64,000 nt of DNA from a virus, in IMG/VR virus record IMGVR_UViG_3300031215_000011, positions 1-64,000 of that record; one strand, 5' to 3'. Every line of letters starts with the position of its first letter. The first letter of the stretch is position 1. The position numbers were made by a program, and so were the translations under genes. The notes beneath the pieces are model-generated. The model had not been told where the DNA came from. It ran no database searches and was given only the letters and a program-made list of their open reading frames with translations. Shown in pieces: positions 1-6,928 of this stretch.

Positions 1-287
1 GGTAAAAAACTACATCCTGAATTTACATTTTTTTACCATAAGCAAAATTCAAACCTTCTGTAAGCCTTACCAATAAAGAGATACAAAAGGTAATAAAAAA
101 CAAAGTGGTAAAAAACTACATTTGCAATTTGCACTTTTTTACCACTAGCACTTAACTTACTGATTATCAAACATGATTCATTTGGGGTGCATTTTTTTAC
201 CAATAGACAATTTAACTAACTGCTCAAAACCCTTGCTACTAAAGGGGTACAGAGTATATGCAAAATACCTTAGTGGTAAAAAAGTGC
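1..287. repeat. Array of GGTAAAAAA-type iterons arranged as convergent pairs (candidate origin or operator region)
   Basis: + strand boxes at 1-14, 106-121 and 273-287. Reverse-complement boxes at 24-37, 131-145 (exact reverse complement of 273-287) and 187-201. Pairs 1-37 and 106-145 are inverted repeats with 9-11 bp arms. Confidence 0.75.
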
Positions 288-516
288 GAGCATTGAAAAT
301 CAACCACTTAAACAATATTTCAATTATGCAAGAAAAACTTAATATTTTTAATGAATTTCAACCTAACCCAACAACCTCAAGGTTTAAGGCTAAAACTGTT
401 GATAAAAAACTAATAACTATAGAGAAAAAAAGTAGGGGGTGTATCGAATTTTTTATTACCTTAGCCTCCGTCTTAAAACGGACGGTTAAGGTAAATATGA
501 GAGTACCCCCTATCCC

Positions 517-548
517 TTTTGCAGTTCTCCAAAATTTTTATAACTTCG
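517..548 (+). promoter_or_regulatory. Member of the phage promoter family (degenerate copy) upstream of the helicase gene
   Basis: ttttgcagttctccaaaatttttataacttcg resembles the repeated TTTG-N19-TAnnTTTG cassette. The -7 box is imperfect. Confidence 0.45.
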
Positions 549-570
549 CTTTTAAATTAGGATAAGGGAT

Positions 571-1971
571 ATGACAAGAGACTTTCAGAGGCTCCTACTA
601 CAATACTTGTTTCAAGTAAGGGAGGGTAAACAATTCGTAGAACTATTAGAACCTGAAATATTCGATGAGCATAAACATCAAGTGGTATTTCAATTGCTTT
701 CGCACTACTTGACCAAGTATAAAATCCAACCTTCAAAAGCTAATTTCGTTGAGTACCTCAGCAGGAGTTTAAAAAAGCAGAAACAGGTAGTGAAGGATGA
801 GGTCAGGTTAGAATTGGAAAAAGAAGCTAGGTTATTATTTGACCCTTTTAATTCAGATACAGGAATGATTAGGGATACCATCATTGAGGAGGCTCAAAGG
901 AAGATGATAAAAAACCTATTCAGAGAGGAGGCAGTAAATGTTAAAAACGCTGATTCGGACTTACTAGATTCCATTTATGCTAAGATGGGGAAGATTACCA
1001 ACCTCAAGAAACAGTATGAAGATGGCTTGAGTAAACAGGGGGGTTTCCTTATCAAGGATTTCAAAAGGGGTAAGATTGATATTGTCAAGGGTAACCCAAC
1101 TTACTTAGACGGCTTAAACGCACTCACGGCTGCTAAGGGCTTCTATGCACCTCAGCTAATTATATTCATGGGTGGTCCTAAATCATTCAAGACAGGTACG
1201 CTCCTTAACATTGCTATTGAATACGTGAGAGATGGGTACAAAGTTTTCTATGCTGATATGGAAAATGGTATCAATTCCATCAAAGCTAGAGTGTACCAAG
1301 ATTTATTAGGAGTTACTAGGGATGCGCTCAATTCTAAGGATACTCAGAAAATACTACAGCAAGTAGTTGGCAGGTTTAAGAACATGGGAGGGGATATGTA
1401 CATGGACTACTTCCCTGCCAATGCTACTACCGTGGATGATATTCATAGAAGGTTAGAGGAATTGAAGGATGAGCATGGTTGGATACCTGATATTATTTGT
1501 TGGGATTATCCTGATTTAATGGTTCCGATTGATAGAACAGTTAGGGAGAAGAGGCTCAAGATACAAGCGGTCTATCACGATATAATAAGATTGAACAATG
1601 AATGGGGCGTATTTTCTATGGGTCTTTCTCAAGTGAATAAGGATGCTGTAAATAAGGAGGTAATTGATATGACGGGTTTTGCTGAGGATTTCGGTAAGGC
1701 TGCTAATTGCCATGCTGCTTTTGCTCTTTGTGCTACTCCTGTAGAACAGGCAGCAGGGATACGAAGAATATTACCCGTGGTGCAAAGAGAGGGAGTTGCT
1801 TACAACCGAAAAAACTATTGTGTGGTCAAATTGGATGAGGCCAAAATGAAGTTAGATGAGATTACCATTGAGGAGGGGTTGAAGCTAGTTTCTAAAGTTC
1901 AAATGCCTGAGAAGAAAAAAGCGAGGCGGAAAGGAGAATTAGATTTGAGCAAGTTGGATGGCGATAGTTAG
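571..1971 (+). CDS. DnaB/RecA-type replicative helicase
   Basis: 466-aa ORF. P-loop-like FMGGPKSFKTGT, where F replaces the second Gly of GxxxxGKT. Walker B-like PDIICWDYPDLM resembles the DnaB hhhhDYLQLM motif. Neighbours are the primase and polymerase. Confidence 0.7.
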   Translation: MTRDFQRLLLQYLFQVREGKQFVELLEPEIFDEHKHQVVFQLLSHYLTKYKIQPSKANFVEYLSRSLKKQKQVVKDEVRLELEKEARLLFDPFNSDTGMIRDTIIEEAQRKMIKNLFREEAVNVKNADSDLLDSIYAKMGKITNLKKQYEDGLSKQGGFLIKDFKRGKIDIVKGNPTYLDGLNALTAAKGFYAPQLIIFMGGPKSFKTGTLLNIAIEYVRDGYKVFYADMENGINSIKARVYQDLLGVTRDALNSKDTQKILQQVVGRFKNMGGDMYMDYFPANATTVDDIHRRLEELKDEHGWIPDIICWDYPDLMVPIDRTVREKRLKIQAVYHDIIRLNNEWGVFSMGLSQVNKDAVNKEVIDMTGFAEDFGKAANCHAAFALCATPVEQAAGIRRILPVVQREGVAYNRKNYCVVKLDEAKMKLDEITIEEGLKLVSKVQMPEKKKARRKGELDLSKLDGDS

Positions 1972-2224
1972 GAAGTCCCATATTATCCAACGGCTCCAAG
2001 ATTCAGGTATGAGTAGAAGGGAGGCTACTAAGGTGGTGGCTACCCTCATGGAGTTATTTTATGAGGAGGTTATTCAAGGTAACGAGGTTGTGCTCCCTAA
2101 GCTAGGGAAAATGAGTTTAGAGGGAGAGAAAGTAAAGTTTGAAACGAGTAGGACTTTGAAGGATAGGATTTCCATAAACGTTTCAGGAAATGATTTGGAG
2201 GCCCTATTGAAAAACTTAAAATAA
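1958..2224 (+). CDS. HU/IHF-like DNA-binding protein (short)
   Basis: 88 aa. N-terminal helices (SHIIQRLQDSGMSRREATKVVATLMELFYEEVIQGNEVVLPKLGKMS) follow the HU/IHF pattern. The beta-arm looks shortened. Confidence 0.5.
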   Translation: MAIVRKSHIIQRLQDSGMSRREATKVVATLMELFYEEVIQGNEVVLPKLGKMSLEGEKVKFETSRTLKDRISINVSGNDLEALLKNLK

Positions 2225-2227
2225 AAT

Positions 2228-2258
2228 ATTGCAGAACTCCAAAATTTTATTAACTTTG
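2228..2258 (+). promoter_or_regulatory. Phage promoter family copy
   Basis: attgcagaactccaaaattttattaactttg with -7 box TAACTTTG. It is followed directly by GGTAAAAAA (2258-2266), the iteron core. Confidence 0.6.
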
Positions 2259-2268
2259 GTAAAAAATT

Positions 2269-2487
2269 ATGGCTAAGGAAGAGCAAGAATTAACAGAGGA
2301 TAACGCAGACGTTATTGTAACCTTTACGGATAAGAGGGATGGCAGGTCTATCCAAGTGCTAGTTCAGGATGAAGGGGACGGAATTAGGTTATCTACTAAT
2401 TTTGGGGAGGGGGGCGCTAACAGCCATTACGGTCTCCACGGCAATTTATGGTTAAACTTTTTTGAAGGCGCTACTAAGGGGAAATGA
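2269..2487 (+). CDS. hypothetical protein
   Basis: 72-aa ORF right after a promoter. Its stop overlaps the next start (ATGA). Confidence 0.55.
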   Translation: MAKEEQELTEDNADVIVTFTDKRDGRSIQVLVQDEGDGIRLSTNFGEGGANSHYGLHGNLWLNFFEGATKGK

Positions 2488-3476
2488 TTTCTACTGCTAG
2501 ACTATACAACTATTTTGCTTCTAACTTCCTGTTAAAGAAAAGTTCTAAAAATTGGCACGCTTTCGATTGTCAATTTTGTGTGGACGGGGATAACAAGAAA
2601 AAGATGGCAGTTCATTTCGGCTACCAATTGGTTAAATGTTGGGTCTGCGGTTATCGAGAGAGAGCGGTAAACTTTGTAATGGATGCGGAAGGCTTGACCT
2701 ATCCTGAGGCTAAACTCAAGATTGAATCTTATCTTGATACAGGTATAAATGTGGAAGGTTTGTATAGCTTAGAAGCAGCAGACGTTAAACCGTTGAAGCT
2801 TCCTTATGGTTACCAATCAATTTTAGAGGGTACAGGGCTTTTATCTGATAGAGCAAGGCGATACCTCAGCAAGCGAGGGTTCGACTTAGAAGAGTTGGAT
2901 ATAAAAGGTTTTGGTTACGTTAAAGAATCCCCCCCTACTTCCAAGGACCCTGATGAGCAGGCGGGCGATTATTACGGATACATTATCATTCCTTTTAAGA
3001 AAGAGGGTAAGTTGGTTTATTGGATAGCTAGGAACTTCATGAACAACAGGAACCTCAAGTACAAGAATCCTCCCAAGGGAGAGTTTGGAATAGGTAAATC
3101 TGAGTTGCTGTACAATGAGGAGGCGATCAGGATACACAAAAAAATATTTGTAACTGAGGGTTGGGCTTGTGCTGAGACCATGGGTAAAAAAGGAGTGGCT
3201 ACTTTAGGGTGGTCGTTGAGCGATGAGCAGAAACGTATAATCATGTCAGGAGTAGTGGAGGAGTTAGTATTCTTACCCGATAAAGGTTTTTACACTCAGG
3301 CCATTCAAACTGCTATGGATTTTTTGGATACTATCAAGACAGTTAAGGTAGTAAAGATGGACGATTTTATAGGAGAGGGCAACGACCCTAATAGTATTGG
3401 AAAAGAGAGTGTGTTAGAATTATTAAAGCAGACTAAAGCATTAAGTTTTGGTTCTGCAGTACGTGAATTAATTTAA
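2484..3476 (+). CDS. DNA primase (zinc ribbon + TOPRIM)
   Basis: N-terminal CQFC-x19-CWVC zinc ribbon. TOPRIM-like IFVTEGWACAE and VFLPDKG motifs. Adjacent to the helicase. Confidence 0.7.
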   Translation: MISTARLYNYFASNFLLKKSSKNWHAFDCQFCVDGDNKKKMAVHFGYQLVKCWVCGYRERAVNFVMDAEGLTYPEAKLKIESYLDTGINVEGLYSLEAADVKPLKLPYGYQSILEGTGLLSDRARRYLSKRGFDLEELDIKGFGYVKESPPTSKDPDEQAGDYYGYIIIPFKKEGKLVYWIARNFMNNRNLKYKNPPKGEFGIGKSELLYNEEAIRIHKKIFVTEGWACAETMGKKGVATLGWSLSDEQKRIIMSGVVEELVFLPDKGFYTQAIQTAMDFLDTIKTVKVVKMDDFIGEGNDPNSIGKESVLELLKQTKALSFGSAVRELI

Positions 3477-3481
3477 AAAGA

Positions 3482-3682
3482 ATGGGTTTAATTTTAGTGA
3501 ACAGAAGTAAGTGTTCCGGTTGTAAAGCTTTACAACTTGAGGGCATTACGTATGTGTGTCAACTAGGTGTGGTAGTCAAATCTCAATTAGTGAGGGACAG
3601 ACCTCATGCACCTAGACCTACTGCACCTTGTTACAAGCCAAAGAATCATAGGGAACTTAGAGAGGCAAAAGAGAAGGTTTGA
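3482..3682 (+). CDS. hypothetical Cys-rich small protein
   Basis: 66 aa with CSGC plus two further Cys. Co-directional and tightly packed. Confidence 0.45.
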   Translation: MGLILVNRSKCSGCKALQLEGITYVCQLGVVVKSQLVRDRPHAPRPTAPCYKPKNHRELREAKEKV

Positions 3683-4512
3683 GGAATCCTGCTATACACG
3701 TAACTAAGTCAACCTTGTTGGAAGTAGTTCCTCTATTAGAGGGGCACAACTTCGATGCTGAGTTGATTGACGAACTGTTTGAGGTACTCGCTAAAAAAGG
3801 TATAGGCAACAGGTATCAAATTAAAGCTACGGTTAGGACCCGTAAAAAAGTGCAGAGGGCCATGGATACCTCTCAGGATAACGTAGAAGTATTTAACGGT
3901 ATTTTACACTCAGAGCGGTTGCAGTTTGGACATAGGAGACCTAAGCCTATTTACAAAACTACTCCTGAGTATTTAACGTTGAGGGAAGTGGCTCAGATGG
4001 CTGAGGAATTCAGGGGTCATTTCAACTTCTCTAACAAAAGAGATGCGTTGGCTACTTACATCAAGATAGGGTTGGACATGATGGGGAGTAAATATGCAGT
4101 AGGAAAGTTCAAGTATTACCATGAAAAGATTACCGATAGGTACGACAAGATACAGGTAGTGAAAGAGGATTCTTCGAGGGAGGATACCAAAAAGGTTTAC
4201 AACTTGTATCAGCAATATTTACTAGAATACAATGGAGTGGATTTCGTGGCTGATACGGTAGAAAAGTTCTTCCATTTGGTAAATGCTAAAAAGGAGGCAG
4301 ATGAGCAAGAGGCTCATTACGAACAATATTTGAAGGCTCAATTTGAGGGGTTAGCTTATATGGAAAAAGTACCTGAGGTTTATCAGCTTTATGGAGAGGG
4401 AGCAGTTAACCGATGGGAGAGTTATTTAAAGGATAATGCAAAAATTAAAAAGGATTCAATAGCTGAGTTCGGCTCAGATGAAGAAGAAGATTATTTCAAT
4501 AAGATAAATTAG
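3679..4512 (+). CDS. hypothetical protein
   Basis: 277-aa ORF with a TTG start overlapping the previous stop. No recognisable motif. Confidence 0.6.
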   Translation: MRNPAIHVTKSTLLEVVPLLEGHNFDAELIDELFEVLAKKGIGNRYQIKATVRTRKKVQRAMDTSQDNVEVFNGILHSERLQFGHRRPKPIYKTTPEYLTLREVAQMAEEFRGHFNFSNKRDALATYIKIGLDMMGSKYAVGKFKYYHEKITDRYDKIQVVKEDSSREDTKKVYNLYQQYLLEYNGVDFVADTVEKFFHLVNAKKEADEQEAHYEQYLKAQFEGLAYMEKVPEVYQLYGEGAVNRWESYLKDNAKIKKDSIAEFGSDEEEDYFNKIN

Positions 4513-4515
4513 GAT

Positions 4516-5052
4516 ATGACTTGTATAGTAGGCTTAGTTAAAAAAGACAAAGTAATAATCGGAGCAGATTCAGCAGGAGTTGCAGGGTTAAATATCACGG
4601 TTAGGAAAGACCCAAAAGTATTTACAGTAAAGGATTTTGTAATAGGATGCACGAGCAGTTTTAGAATGATTCAATTGCTGAGGTTTTCATTTTCTCCTCC
4701 TTTGAGAGGCGGTAAAGAAGTGTACGAATATATGTGTACAGATTTCATAAATGCTGTTAGGGACTGCTTTAGGTCAGGGGGTTTCATGGAGAAAGAGAAA
4801 GATGCAGAAAGCGGAGGCTGTTTTTTGGTAGGTTACCAAGGCAGGTTATTCAAAATAGGTTCAGATTATCAAGTAGGCGAAAGTTTAAATGAATACGATG
4901 CAGTAGGTTGTGGGGAGGAGTATGCTAAAGGCTCGCTGTTTTCTACTCAAGATACGGTACTGAGTGCGAGGGGTAGAGTTAGCACAGCTTTAGAGGCAGC
5001 AGAGCAGTTTAGTGGGGGCGTTGTAGGTCCAATGATAATAGCAGAAAGGTGA
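4516..5052 (+). CDS. Proteasome beta/HslV-like Ntn hydrolase
   Basis: 178 aa starting M-T-C-IVGLVKKDKVIIGADS, so Thr would be N-terminal after Met removal. Has KVF (Lys33-like) and AVGCGEEYAKGS, comparable to HslV AIGSGGPYA. Size matches HslV. Confidence 0.65.
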   Translation: MTCIVGLVKKDKVIIGADSAGVAGLNITVRKDPKVFTVKDFVIGCTSSFRMIQLLRFSFSPPLRGGKEVYEYMCTDFINAVRDCFRSGGFMEKEKDAESGGCFLVGYQGRLFKIGSDYQVGESLNEYDAVGCGEEYAKGSLFSTQDTVLSARGRVSTALEAAEQFSGGVVGPMIIAER

Positions 5053-6509
5053 GACTACTTTTAGGAAATACAGCTACTAAACTAATCACAGGGGGTAAAG
5101 ACAACCTTTTGGATGTTAGCTTAGGTAAAGAACTCAAGGAATACCTCAGGGTTAGACCTAACGGGTACTATCACAATACTCAGTACGTGGGTAATGGAGG
5201 TAGGTGGGATGGATGGAGAAAATTCATAACAGCTAGTAATACTTTTGCTACGGGCTTCGCTCCTATGGTGGTATCCTTTGCTAAAGATTTAGGGGCTACT
5301 ATTGAAATAGAGGATAATCGTAACAATACGCTAGAGTTTAATTCTATTGTGAGGACTATTCCTACTTTTTCAGGGGGTGTATGGGAGGCTAGAGAGGAAC
5401 AGTATAATTCACTTCGAACGATCAAAGATAATACGCTAGAGGGCGTACCTTTCCACAGGGGGATATTTAACCATGCTACCAACGGAGGTAAAAGTTATAC
5501 GATGGCTTTTCTCCATGCTTCTATCAAGAACTCTAAAACTTTGCTGATAGTTCATAGAACAGGTTTATTTAAGCAGCACGTTAAGTTTTTTAGTGAAGTA
5601 TTCACGGTTACTCAGATAAATTCAGATTCGGCAGAGTTTGGAAGTTTCACTATTGCTATGAGTAAGACTTTGTACAATAGAGGTAAAAATTCTTCCAATG
5701 TTAAAGCCGAACTCAAAAAGTACAATAATGTAATGGTGGATGAAGCGCATTGGGCAGGAGGTGCAGAATACTCTACCTTGCTTCAATGGATGGATGCGCC
5801 TTGTGTGGCTTTCTTTTCAGGGACTGCTTTAAAATCTAAAAGCAAAGTTTCTAAATTGGTTATAGTAGGATTAAGTGGGTTGGTAATTGATGACATAAGT
5901 AAACGGGAATTAATAGATAAGGGAGTTAGTCAGGAGCCTATTGTTAAGATACTTTTGAATAATCCTACTTTGAAGGCTTCGTTTGATTACAAGACTGAGA
6001 TGCTTTCTAACGTTTACCTTTCTAATATCCGAGCGCAACAGATGATTGAGTTAGCCCAGTACCATAAAGACGATCAGATTTTGATACCTGTAGCAGAGAG
6101 GAAACAAGGTTATTTCCTATTGGAAAAATTCAATGAGGTTTTTGAGGCAGGGGAAGCTGAGTTTATTTACTCAGGGGACGGCAGCGCAGAGGACAAAATA
6201 GAAAATTTCAAATCAAAGATGTGTAGAATATTGATAACTACTTCTGTTTTGCAGGAGGGTATCAATATCAAAGTTATTCGAGTGCTAATGATGGCTTTTG
6301 GAGGCATGAATGAAATAGCTTTAAGTCAATTTTCAGGTAGAGCCGAGCGGATGGATGATGAGCAAAATCTTTTTTTCTACCTTTACGATTGGTATGATGT
6401 AGGAAAGTGGACAGCTTTCCACTCAAGGAAAAGAATTAAATTTTATAAAGATGAGCAGTTTAAAATCAGTTTCGATTACGATTGCGATAAAAGAGGAATA
6501 CCAAAATGA
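5049..6509 (+). CDS. SF2 DEAH-type helicase
   Basis: Motif I NGGKSYT, motif II MVDEAHW, motif III FFSGTA, motif VI QFSGRAER. GTG start overlaps the previous stop. Confidence 0.8.
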   Translation: MRLLLGNTATKLITGGKDNLLDVSLGKELKEYLRVRPNGYYHNTQYVGNGGRWDGWRKFITASNTFATGFAPMVVSFAKDLGATIEIEDNRNNTLEFNSIVRTIPTFSGGVWEAREEQYNSLRTIKDNTLEGVPFHRGIFNHATNGGKSYTMAFLHASIKNSKTLLIVHRTGLFKQHVKFFSEVFTVTQINSDSAEFGSFTIAMSKTLYNRGKNSSNVKAELKKYNNVMVDEAHWAGGAEYSTLLQWMDAPCVAFFSGTALKSKSKVSKLVIVGLSGLVIDDISKRELIDKGVSQEPIVKILLNNPTLKASFDYKTEMLSNVYLSNIRAQQMIELAQYHKDDQILIPVAERKQGYFLLEKFNEVFEAGEAEFIYSGDGSAEDKIENFKSKMCRILITTSVLQEGINIKVIRVLMMAFGGMNEIALSQFSGRAERMDDEQNLFFYLYDWYDVGKWTAFHSRKRIKFYKDEQFKISFDYDCDKRGIPK

Positions 6510-6928
6510 GAGAACCAAGGAAAAAGAAAACTCATGGAGACTTAGATTTAACTAAGCCCATTGATAAAACTAAATTGATTCAAGAGGATTGCTTCGGAAA
6601 GGAGTGGGATATGGGGAGTAAAGACTGCCCTATTTGCCATGATAACGAAGTGTGTGGAATACTATTCTCAGACTTAGTAAAGAAGAAATCTAAACAGATT
6701 CAAAAAGGCAAGCCTACTTTTTTAGACAAAGCTTTTTTCAGTAAGAAATTGACTACTGCTTTGGACAAAGCTTTATCCGATAGGGGAGAGGTGGAATTAG
6801 AAGAGGTTTACGATGTAGTTAAACTCAAGGCTAATGTTTCAGACCGTGTGGCGATAAGAGAGTGGGTTAAGCGGTTCGCAAATGATAATGGTTACATAAT
6901 ACAAGGAAAAGAAATATGGAAGGTGTAG
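6506..6928 (+). CDS. hypothetical protein
   Basis: 140-aa ORF, translationally coupled on both sides. Confidence 0.6.
   Translation: MREPRKKKTHGDLDLTKPIDKTKLIQEDCFGKEWDMGSKDCPICHDNEVCGILFSDLVKKKSKQIQKGKPTFLDKAFFSKKLTTALDKALSDRGEVELEEVYDVVKLKANVSDRVAIREWVKRFANDNGYIIQGKEIWKV

Noticed and set aside
433-513. Possible tRNA (8-bp outer stem plus an inner 5-bp stem with a 7-8 nt loop)
   Set aside because: There are no D or T arms and no conserved GG or TTC elements, and the implied anticodon loop (TTAAAAC) is atypical. It does not fold as a cloverleaf.
173-565. 130-aa + strand ORF upstream of the helicase gene
   Set aside because: It runs through the iteron boxes, the nested hairpin (433-513) and the promoter-like element (517-548). 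Its translation is low-complexity and unlike the neighbouring proteins. It is more likely non-coding regulatory or origin DNA.
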